Source: a virus (taxonomy: Duplodnaviria > Caudoviricetes). Taken from it: 64,000 nucleotides of DNA. The DNA is taken from positions 1 to 64,000 of the IMG/VR virus record IMGVR_UViG_3300031994_000045; one strand, 5' to 3'. The notes beneath the pieces are model-generated. The model saw nothing but the letters and a program-made list of their open reading frames with translations. It was not told where the DNA came from and made no database searches. This document shows, piece by piece, positions 53,100-60,625 of this stretch. The translations under genes were made by a program, and so were the position numbers. Each line of letters opens with the position of its first letter. Position 1 is the stretch's first letter.

Positions 53100-56000
53100 C
53101 GGCCGCCCACGTCTTCCTCCTGGCGACCCCGGCCGCCGCGTTCGCGGCCGACAACGCCTGAAACACCCCTCCGAACGCGTCCCCGTGCCCGTCCGGGGTC
53201 CCGCGCAGCGCCTCCAGCAACGCGTCCACGGCCCCCTCCGCCGCGTCCACGGCCCCCTCCGCCGCGTCCACGGCCCCTTCCGCGCCGGACGAGCAGGAAC
53301 GCGCCTCCCCCTCCGCGCCGGACAGCGCCTCGTCCGCGCCGGACAGCGCCTCGTCAGCGGCGCCCGACAGACCGGTCCCCGGCTCGTCCCCGTCCGGGGG
53401 CTCGCCGGCCCCGTCCAGGGCGCTCCCGAGGTCCCCTATCGCGGCCTCGAGCGCGTCGAGCGCGGCGGCGGCGTCCTCCAGCGACGCCTCTTCCAGGCCG
53501 ACGAGGCCGTCGAGCCTCGAGCGCGCGGCGGCGACGGCCTCCGTCCACGTGGCCACGACGTCTCGCGCGGCCGCGACGGCGGCCTCGAGGGAGGACCTGG
53601 ACGGATCGTCGGGAGGGACCGACGCCAGCTCCGTCTCCGCGGCCTCGAGCGCCTCCCGCGCGTCCTCGAGCTCCGTCTCCGCGGCCTCGAGCGCCTCCCG
53701 CGCGTCCCGCAGCTCGTCGGCGTACGCGGACTCTCCCGTCTCCAGGACCGTCTCCAGCGTCTCCAGGAGGCCCCGCAGCTCCTCGAGCTCGGCCGCCGCG
53801 GCCTCGAGGCCGTTGTCGGCGGACGCCTTCCTCCGCGAGGCCGCGGACAGCCTCCCCCTCAGCAGCGCGAGCTTCCTGGCGAGCTTCGCGCACCCGGACG
53901 CCTGGCCCTTCGGCTCCGGCGGATCGTCCGTGTCGAAGTCCCACTCCACGGACAGGAACAGCCTCGCGGAGACGACGCGCACGACGTGTCCCTCGGCGCC
54001 GCCGTGTTCTTCGCCGGACTCGACCGTGTTGCTGAAGTAGACGCCGTCCTCGCTCGTGCTCCTGGCCTTCTCGTACGAGTCGCAGGCGCCGGGAAAATAC
54101 GGCTTCGCGCCGGACGGAACGGCGCCGAGGCCGGCCCACGAGACGGCTCCGTCCAGCGTCCCGTTCCCGAGGTCGACGGACCCTAGCCTCACGACGGTCA
54201 TCTTCCGGTGCGACGTCCTCGACATGGAGGCGTCGACCGACTCCGTGTTCGCGACGAGGTCGGCCTCGCGGCGGTACCGTCCGTCGCCGTCTCTGGCGAC
54301 CGCCTCCACGTCGAGGAAGGCGATCAGCTCGGCGGACCTCGCCCACGCCGCCACGTCGGGGGAGACGAGGAGGTCCGCGTCGTCCGGGACCCACCCGTCG
54401 GCGTCGTCCCCCTCGTACCCGTAGACGCTCGCGGTCCGCTGGCCGTCGTCGTACACGGTCTCGCTGCGGGTCTCGCCGCCCAGGCGGAGCGACGGGTACG
54501 GGTCCTCGTGGGAAGCGTCCCTGTCCCTCAGCAGCACGATCCCGGTCGCGGAGAACTCGGTGGGACCGCGGGTGTACGCGTACGAGCTCACGGAAACGTA
54601 GGCTTCGGTGTCGGAAAACGGGTCGTCCCCGCCGTACGATTCGGACGACCGGGAGTCGACGGTGGACCGCTCGACGGCCGAGCCGGGAACGGAAAGGTCT
54701 ATGCGGCCGACACCGAGAAGTTCCCCGAAGGTGCCGAGAAAAGACCCGGCTTCCCGGATCTCCTCGGTCGTGGACCACGAAGAGTAGCTGGAGTCGTCGC
54801 CCACAAACGAGCTCCTGTACTTCTCGCTGTCGGTCCGGGAGTACGACACGTGCGCGAACAGCTTGCAGCCGGTTACCTCCGTCACCGTCCTGGTCATCTT
54901 GTCGAGCATGCCGGACACGTTGGACGGCTCGCACGGGCACGCCACGGGGTACGGTCTCCCGGGATCCGGCCGGCGGCTCTCGAAGATGGAGCCGGCAAAC
55001 GGGTTGTACGGCCTGGGGGAATCCTCGGTCTCGTTCCCGGCCGGCATCGTCCTCACGGCCAGGAGGGTCCACGGCGGGGGAGCCGGCTGCGCCCGGCAGA
55101 ACGCCGCCAGCTGCCTCCCGAACGGCGTGCCCGACAGGTAGGAGGGGATCTTCGGGAATCCCCACGCCGACCAGCACGTCGGCCTTCCGTCCCAGTCCGG
55201 GGACGGATGGAGCGACCCGCCGCCGTACGTCCCCACGCCTCCGCGCTCCGGGGCCGGAGGGTCGACGTGCAGCCCGACGTGGACCGCGCCATAATACTCG
55301 AAGCCGGATTTTCCGTGGCGGTTGAAGAGCGACGGCAGTCCGGGGAGATAGCTTTCTTCCTCCCCCTCCTCTCCCTCTTCCTCCCCTTCGCTCCCTTCGT
55401 TCCCCCCGGAGCGGTACGTTCCCTCGGCGTCGTCGAAGTTGGCGTCCGGTCTCCACGGGAACCCGAAGGAACCCGACAGCGACGTGAGGCCGGTCAGCCG
55501 AAGGTACCGGACGGTCCTGACCTCGCCGCCGGGATTCCCGGCCGTCGCGGTCCCCTCCTTCACGTACCCCTTCTCGGCGAACTCCCCGTACTCGCCGTAG
55601 CCCGGCCTCAGGGCCGCGGGGGACCTCGAGAAGTACGCCGTCCGGTCGACGTATCGCGCGGAGGCCGGGTCCCACACGGGCACCGCCACAGCGACCGGCG
55701 CGTCGTCCGCCCGGAAGTCCCCCAGCAGCCTGAACACGGGAAGGAAGCTCCACGGGCCCATCGGGGTCACGGAGACCTCCGACGAGTCGCGTCCCGAGAT
55801 GGTTCGCCGCTCCGACCCGTTTTCGGTCACCTTGTAGCTCATCGACGACGTCTCCGTCGCGCTCCCGGACGCGGTCTTGCCGGACGGGTCCGCGTCGTCC
55901 GGATCCCTGAACCAGTTCGCCCCGACGGCGCCGCCCATCGCGACGCCCGCCACCAGCCCGCCGAGATCCGCCGCGTGGCAGACGACGTCGAACGTCCCGT

Positions 56001-56445
56001 ACCGGGGGACCGCCCTGTACTTCTCTTCAGCCTCGCCCCCGGCCTCGCCCCCGGCCTCGCCTTCCTCCTCTTCCTCCCCGTCCGCCGGAACCCACAGCCG
56101 TTCCCCGGTCGGAAGCAACGTGGTCTGTCCGGGCAGGGCCCACCCCGGCTCGCAGAAAGCCGGGTCGCCGTCCCACCAGTTGCAGGCCAGGGCGGGCGCT
56201 CTCGTCCTCGGGACGTGGCGCAAGACGGAATACGCGCCCTTCCTGTCCGCCAGGTAGTCCGTCGGCATCTGCGCCGACATCGCCGCCAGCACCTCCCTGC
56301 GGCGCAGGTACCGCTCCCAGAGCCACTCCCACGACGTCCGCTCGAAGACCCTCGCGGGGGACTCGCCGCCGTAGGCGTCCCTGGTCCCCAGGGGCTCCGA
56401 GGGGTTCACGAAGTAGAAGTTCGACCTGGACGCCTTGGTTGCCAT
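53083..56445 (-). CDS. Large hypothetical protein (1120 aa) with an acidic Ala/Glu coiled-coil C-terminus
   Basis: ATG 56445 (MATKASRSNF), 7 nt downstream of a TATAAT box; beta-rich middle and heptad/tandem-repeat C-terminus. Confidence 0.7.
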   Translation of the reverse strand: MATKASRSNFYFVNPSEPLGTRDAYGGESPARVFERTSWEWLWERYLRRREVLAAMSAQMPTDYLADRKGAYSVLRHVPRTRAPALACNWWDGDPAFCEPGWALPGQTTLLPTGERLWVPADGEEEEEGEAGGEAGGEAEEKYRAVPRYGTFDVVCHAADLGGLVAGVAMGGAVGANWFRDPDDADPSGKTASGSATETSSMSYKVTENGSERRTISGRDSSEVSVTPMGPWSFLPVFRLLGDFRADDAPVAVAVPVWDPASARYVDRTAYFSRSPAALRPGYGEYGEFAEKGYVKEGTATAGNPGGEVRTVRYLRLTGLTSLSGSFGFPWRPDANFDDAEGTYRSGGNEGSEGEEEGEEGEEESYLPGLPSLFNRHGKSGFEYYGAVHVGLHVDPPAPERGGVGTYGGGSLHPSPDWDGRPTCWSAWGFPKIPSYLSGTPFGRQLAAFCRAQPAPPPWTLLAVRTMPAGNETEDSPRPYNPFAGSIFESRRPDPGRPYPVACPCEPSNVSGMLDKMTRTVTEVTGCKLFAHVSYSRTDSEKYRSSFVGDDSSYSSWSTTEEIREAGSFLGTFGELLGVGRIDLSVPGSAVERSTVDSRSSESYGGDDPFSDTEAYVSVSSYAYTRGPTEFSATGIVLLRDRDASHEDPYPSLRLGGETRSETVYDDGQRTASVYGYEGDDADGWVPDDADLLVSPDVAAWARSAELIAFLDVEAVARDGDGRYRREADLVANTESVDASMSRTSHRKMTVVRLGSVDLGNGTLDGAVSWAGLGAVPSGAKPYFPGACDSYEKARSTSEDGVYFSNTVESGEEHGGAEGHVVRVVSARLFLSVEWDFDTDDPPEPKGQASGCAKLARKLALLRGRLSAASRRKASADNGLEAAAAELEELRGLLETLETVLETGESAYADELRDAREALEAAETELEDAREALEAAETELASVPPDDPSRSSLEAAVAAARDVVATWTEAVAAARSRLDGLVGLEEASLEDAAAALDALEAAIGDLGSALDGAGEPPDGDEPGTGLSGAADEALSGADEALSGAEGEARSCSSGAEGAVDAAEGAVDAAEGAVDALLEALRGTPDGHGDAFGGVFQALSAANAAAGVARRKTWAAVSPST

Positions 56446-56452
56446 GGGACGG

Positions 56453-56482
56453 ATTATACCACAATTCCCCGCGTCCCGTCCA
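56453..56482 (-). promoter_or_regulatory. sigma70-type promoter, probably giving a leaderless mRNA
   Basis: TGGACG-18-TATAAT (TGTGG extension) followed by CCGTCCC-ATG; no RBS. Confidence 0.7.
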
Positions 56483-56707
56483 CGGGGCGGGGACCCTCCT
56501 GTGCGTGCCTTTATATCGGGACGACGGGCCGACATGGAAAATCGCGAAATCGCGCTCTCGTCGGCACTCCTCGCACGCGGCGCGCGACGGCCCCTCCCCC
56601 GGCGTGTGCGGCGGGCAACCGGTGCAGACCGCCCTCCCCACCCCGGTGAACGGAACGGAACGGAGCCGCCCGCCGAGCCGCCGCTGCGGAGCCCGGGGGA
56701 GACATCG

Positions 56708-56729
56708 TTTATTTTATCCTTGGTTGCGC
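56708..56729 (+). promoter_or_regulatory. 22-nt early motif, copy 1
   Basis: TTTATTTTATCCTTGGTTGCGC; the sequence repeat is certain, its promoter role is inferred. Confidence 0.75.
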
Positions 56730-56755
56730 AACAGCGCAGAAAGGAGCCGGTACCC

Positions 56756-56809
56756 ATGACGTACCAAGTCTTTCCAGACGGCACGGTGGTTATAATCCGC
56801 CGGGCCTAG
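56756..56809 (+). CDS. 17-aa micropeptide MTYQVFPDGTVVIIRRA
   Basis: AAGGAG RBS at 56741-56746, motif upstream and terminator downstream. Confidence 0.5.
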   Translation: MTYQVFPDGTVVIIRRA

Positions 56810-56816
56810 TCCCCTT

Positions 56817-56848
56817 CCCCGAGCCCGAGTGGGTTCGGGGTTTATTTT
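56817..56848 (+). terminator. Intrinsic terminator
   Basis: CCCCGAGCCC-gagt-GGGTTCGGGG followed by TTTATTTT. Confidence 0.7.
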
Positions 56849-56862
56849 ATCCTTAATTGCGC
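56841..56862 (+). promoter_or_regulatory. 22-nt early motif, copy 2
   Basis: TTTATTTTATCCTTAATTGCGC. Confidence 0.75.
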
Positions 56863-56953
56863 GGAGAGAATCTGCGCGTCGTTCGTGCTGTCCTGCGTCT
56901 CAAGTCGAGATGCACACGAAACGACGCGCAGCACAGCTCAAGAGCGCATCGTT

Positions 56954-57340
56954 ATGATGAACGAGTCCATCCCCACCCCGGAGTCCCCCGTCGCGGCCAC
57001 CGCGTTTGGAGCCGAAGTCACCGAAACGCCGAAGCGCGTCAAGAAGACTTTCGCGCTCGACGACCCTGGCTTCACCCGCGAGGCTCCGCGCACGAACATC
57101 ACACTCAAGATGGTGTTTAAGTGCGTGCTGTCCGGCAAGGGCAAGCCGTACTTCCGCTGCCCGGATACCGAGAACGGCACCGTCATGGTGTGCCCGAAGG
57201 ACACGCCCGACGGCCTGATCGGGAAGTGCGGGTACCTCACGATCGGATGCCTTCCTGGTACCGTATTCGAGGAGTCGGACAGGGTCGCCGGAGCCGTGAT
57301 GCCGTCCAAGCCGGTCACGTTCGTGTCGTTCCGCGACTAG
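56954..57340 (+). CDS. Early hypothetical protein (128 aa)
   Basis: Codon-biased ORF (MMNESIPT...) between a motif copy and a terminator. Confidence 0.75.
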   Translation: MMNESIPTPESPVAATAFGAEVTETPKRVKKTFALDDPGFTREAPRTNITLKMVFKCVLSGKGKPYFRCPDTENGTVMVCPKDTPDGLIGKCGYLTIGCLPGTVFEESDRVAGAVMPSKPVTFVSFRD

Positions 57341-57348
57341 CCGCCCCA

Positions 57349-57380
57349 GCCCCGTCGCGCCTCGTGCGCGGCGGGGTTTT
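57349..57380 (+). terminator. Intrinsic terminator (identical hairpin at 57777)
   Basis: CCCCGTCGCGC-ctcgt-GCGCGGCGGGG followed by TTTT. Confidence 0.8.
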
Positions 57381-57381
57381 C

Positions 57382-57403
57382 TTTATTTCATCCTCGACTG
57401 CGC
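57382..57403 (+). promoter_or_regulatory. 22-nt early motif, copy 3 (degenerate)
   Basis: TTTATTTCATCCTCGACTGCGC. Confidence 0.6.
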
Positions 57404-57479
57404 CGGAATCCGCGCTGTCCTGCGTCCCGCGACTGGGACGCACGCGAGATGAAGACGCCTTGCCGAAAGGAGCAAGCCT

Positions 57480-57770
57480 ATGTCGATCCCCCGTAAGTAC
57501 AAGTCGTTTTCGGATGTAAAGACAGGCGATGTCGTGTACATCGCCTGGTTCATCGCATCCGAGAACGGAGGACGCGAACCGTACGCCCCGAAGCTGGTCG
57601 TCCACGGGACGGACATGCTGGGCAATGTCGCCGTGCGCGACGCACGGCATACGGACCGCACATGGTACGACGGCGGCTGCGAGTGGACGCCGTTATGGCT
57701 GGCGCTGTACGCGACGCGCGAAGACGCGATCGCCGCACTAGAGCATGCCGCAAGCCACGGCGAAGTGTAG
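57480..57770 (+). CDS. Early hypothetical protein (96 aa)
   Basis: AAAGGAG RBS; bounded by a motif copy and a terminator. Confidence 0.8.
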   Translation: MSIPRKYKSFSDVKTGDVVYIAWFIASENGGREPYAPKLVVHGTDMLGNVAVRDARHTDRTWYDGGCEWTPLWLALYATREDAIAALEHAASHGEV

Positions 57771-57776
57771 CCGCCT

Positions 57777-57811
57777 GCCCCGTCGCGCCTCGTGCGCGGC
57801 GGGGCCTTTTT
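57777..57811 (+). terminator. Intrinsic terminator
   Basis: 28 bp identical to 57349-57376, followed by CCTTTTT. Confidence 0.8.
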
Positions 57812-58044
57812 CGCGTCGGGGAGAGACCGGTGTGGACCGCCCTCCCCGCCCGGTCTCCGGCTTGGGGAGCCTGGGGCTACCGGTTCCGGCCCGTCGGAAC
57901 CCGCATGTTAGGGTGGCTACCTGTCCGTTCGAGGTTCGGAACCGCGTGTCGGGGTGGCCACCTGCGACCGGTTCCGCCCGCCCACCCCACCCGCTCCAGG
58001 GCCCGCCGGAGCCACCGCCGCCGAGCCCCCACTTCCAACTCCCA

Positions 58045-58066
58045 TTTATTTTATCCTTGGTTGCGC
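58045..58066 (+). promoter_or_regulatory. 22-nt early motif, copy 4
   Basis: TTTATTTTATCCTTGGTTGCGC. Confidence 0.75.
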
Positions 58067-58150
58067 CACCGGGCTGGAAGCGCGTTTGTTCGTGTCCCGA
58101 GGTCGGGACGCGGCGCGTGGAAGCCTGGGAAGCGCAGTATAGGAGTCGTT

Positions 58151-58588
58151 ATGAAGGATGAAAAGATCGAGGTGAACGAGAACGCAGTCGAGACGAAGGC
58201 CGTCGAGACGAAGGCCGTGGCCGTGGCGGCCGAGGAGTTCGAGGAGTACGGGTCTATCGAGGTGACGGGCAACTTCCGCGGGTTCTGGAGGGATGTCCCG
58301 GTCCGCGACGAGGCCGGCAACCCGACGCTGGACGAGAACGGCGTACCGGTGAAGCGTCGCCAGTTCAAGATCTCGAGGACGGTCAAGCTGAACGACAAGC
58401 CCGTGCGGCAGACGGCGTGGCTCTCGGAGGCGGACGCGAAGGCGCACAAGCTCGAGGACGGGGTCAAGTACAACCTGACCTTGTCTGTCGGGGAGAACCT
58501 GACGCCGTCGAAGGGCAACGGACGCGACGGGTACCTGGACGAGTACGCGTTCGCGGACGCGACGATCGTGAGCGTCAACTCGAAGTAG
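58151..58588 (+). CDS. Early protein (145 aa), possible OB-fold ssDNA-binding protein
   Basis: TAGGAG RBS; beta-strand pattern SIEVTGNFRGFW...QFKISRT...YNLTLSV...ATIVSV. The fold is a guess. Confidence 0.7.
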   Translation: MKDEKIEVNENAVETKAVETKAVAVAAEEFEEYGSIEVTGNFRGFWRDVPVRDEAGNPTLDENGVPVKRRQFKISRTVKLNDKPVRQTAWLSEADAKAHKLEDGVKYNLTLSVGENLTPSKGNGRDGYLDEYAFADATIVSVNSK

Positions 58589-58603
58589 GCCAGTCGCCCG
58601 GGG

Positions 58604-58690
58604 CCCCGGGGATCCGCGAGGACAGCGCGGGTTCCCGGGGTTTTGCTTCGGTTCCTCGGGTTCCTTCGGGTTCCCGGGGTTTTTTTTTTC
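58604..58690 (+). terminator. Intrinsic terminator with a duplicated 3' arm and long U-tract
   Basis: CCCCGGGGATCCGCG...CGCGGGTTCCCGGGG-TTTT, then repeated CGGGTTCC units and a poly-T run. Confidence 0.7.
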
Positions 58691-58730
58691 CGCTCCGCCC
58701 GACCGGTCGTCGAAGGGTAGGGTGGCTACC

Positions 58731-59200
58731 ATGTGCTATAATTGCAAAAATGGGCATTTTTGGCGCCACGGGAGGGTTTGGCGTGATGTTATGTCAACTA
58801 GCGAATTTAGAGTTTTCTAGTTGCGCATACTTCACGCGGGGATTTGGCGCGAAAGCGCCCAAGTTTCCCTATGTGTCCGCTCATCCCGCTATTTTCTACT
58901 ATATATTATTTCTTAAGAGTGAAAAAATATATATAAATAAGAGTATAAGAGAGTAAAAAGCACCTATAAGAGAATAAGATTTTTTTTTCGATAGAATTTT
59001 CAGTACTGCCACAACGAATAAAATAAACGAATATCTTGGCAAGGTGTAGAGCGATAGTACATTTTCCGTGATTCATGAAATGCGCATATAGAGATTTCCG
59101 AATTGTCTCGGACGAGCTGTACGAATTGCAGTTTTGAGCACGGCAACCGATCCTTTACCCCACACCACATTTCACTTCCCATTTATTTTATCCTTAATTG
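58731..59200. other. AT-rich non-coding tract, candidate replication origin
   Basis: Sharp drop in GC, A/T runs, ATAAGA repeated four times at about 58937-58979, and TGTGCTATAAT at its left edge. Confidence 0.5.
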
Positions 59201-59203
59201 CGG
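59182..59203 (+). promoter_or_regulatory. 22-nt early motif, copy 5
   Basis: TTTATTTTATCCTTAATTGCGG. Confidence 0.75.
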
Positions 59204-59284
59204 GCTTGTCTCGGGGCGATGTCATGGGTCGTCTCGAGGCTTGTCCGCTTCGATTTTGGATGTCGACCGGAAAGGAACGGACAG

Positions 59285-59608
59285 ATGGCTGTTCGCAAAC
59301 CGACCCCAGCGGAAACCCGCGACCGCAGGTTCGGCCGCAAGATCGCGAAGATCGTCGCGCGCGAGCGCGAAAAGGCGTTCGCGGAGGGCGCCAATGCGGC
59401 TTGGCGCGCCTCGCAAAACCTGCGTCTCGAAGCGCTCGAGACGCTCGCGGCCGACCCCGGCTCCAAGTGGTCGTCGGCGTACGTGCGCCGCCTCGCGATC
59501 CTCGAGCGCTGCGACGAGGTCCTGGCGCTTCACCGCGCCGAGGCCGTCGCAAAGGCCGAGGGCCGCCGCGGCACGGTCGAGCCCGCGCTCGTCCGCGGAC
59601 CTTTATGA
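59285..59608 (+). CDS. Early hypothetical protein (107 aa)
   Basis: AAAGGA RBS; MAVRKPTPAE..., helical and basic. Confidence 0.7.
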   Translation: MAVRKPTPAETRDRRFGRKIAKIVAREREKAFAEGANAAWRASQNLRLEALETLAADPGSKWSSAYVRRLAILERCDEVLALHRAEAVAKAEGRRGTVEPALVRGPL

Positions 59609-59693
59609 TTTCCAACGCCCGAAAGGGCAGGCCAAGGTTCCCGCGGAGACCTTGGCTACCGCGTAAGCCCGCGATTAAAAAAGGAACTAGACG

Positions 59694-59984
59694 ATGAAAA
59701 TGGATTCTTTCTTCGGCGACAACGCCGAAATCGACATGGACGAGCTCCGCGAAGGGGCTGCCACGGCGAGATTGCTGACGGTGATGTCGGCGACCTCGTA
59801 CGAGGCGCTTCTGCGTCTCAAGGCCCGAAAAGACCTGCCGCTCCCGGTGCGCCTCGCCGCTTGCGAGGGCGTGGCGGAGTTCACGGAACGGACAGGTGCG
59901 GGAAAGCGCACCTGGCCGATGCGCCGCTGGGTCGACGAGGCCCTGCGCTCGATGATGGACGAGGCCGAGAGAAGGACACCATGA
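59694..59984 (+). CDS. Hypothetical protein (96 aa), possibly a small DNA-binding regulator
   Basis: AAAGGA RBS; ATGA-coupled to the next gene. Confidence 0.7.
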   Translation: MKMDSFFGDNAEIDMDELREGAATARLLTVMSATSYEALLRLKARKDLPLPVRLAACEGVAEFTERTGAGKRTWPMRRWVDEALRSMMDEAERRTP

Positions 59985-60334
59985 TGAGATTCAAGGTGAC
60001 GGCGGTCCGCGAACCGCGGTACGTCGAGTACAACGACTGGGACGGCAACTACGTCGTCCCTGGCTTCGCGCTCCTGCGCTCGGTCGAGCCCGTCCCCGTG
60101 GAGAAGCTGCCGGGCGCCGGGCTGAAGCAGTACGGGCACGAGACGGCGTTCGTCGCCGTCCGCATGCCGCTGAGGGACTTCCGGAGGTTCCTCGGCCCGC
60201 TGAGGAAGGGAGACCTCGTCGACCTTCCCGACGGGTGGCTGACGTTCCGGCACCGCTGGAACTCAGACAGAAAGCAGGGGCTTTGCCATGCCCGGATAAG
60301 CCCGGGCAACCTTGCGTCCTTCCCGTCCGCCTAG
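59981..60334 (+). CDS. Hypothetical protein (117 aa)
   Basis: ATG 59981 overlaps the upstream stop; AAGGA RBS. Confidence 0.7.
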   Translation: MMRFKVTAVREPRYVEYNDWDGNYVVPGFALLRSVEPVPVEKLPGAGLKQYGHETAFVAVRMPLRDFRRFLGPLRKGDLVDLPDGWLTFRHRWNSDRKQGLCHARISPGNLASFPSA

Positions 60335-60442
60335 GGGCGGCGAAGGACGCGATTCCTCGGGCAGTCGACGTTCGCCGGCTTCATGACTGCATGCCAAAAA
60401 GAAAAGCCGGACGACTTGCCGCCGTTAGCGGCCTTCGACTTT

Positions 60443-60588
60443 GGACACGGCACGGGTCCGCCGAGGCGGAAGGTTCGACTCCTTCCCGGCGGAGAATGGT
60501 GGTAGTCGAGGCGAGGGGACCCACTTACCCGACCCGAGGCCGGCCGGTGGCGCAGCGGCAGCGCGCGTGCGGCGTGCCGTGTCCTTTT
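60443..60588 (+). ncRNA. Circularly permuted tRNA-like RNA (YrlA-like topology)
   Basis: A 12-bp terminal stem encloses, in order, a T-arm (GAAGG-TTCGACT-CCTTC), an acceptor 3' strand, a linker, an acceptor 5' strand and U8-G9-D-arm (GCGC-AGCGGCA-GCGC); followed by TTTT. Confidence 0.6.
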
Positions 60589-60625
60589 CCCTCTTCAATC
60601 AACCGAATAAATGAAAGGAAAGCCA

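Noticed and set aside
56708-59203. The 22-nt repeats as a CRISPR array or integron attC sites
   Set aside because: Spacing is irregular (133-1137 bp) with whole genes between copies, the repeats are not palindromic, and no cas or integrase gene is visible.
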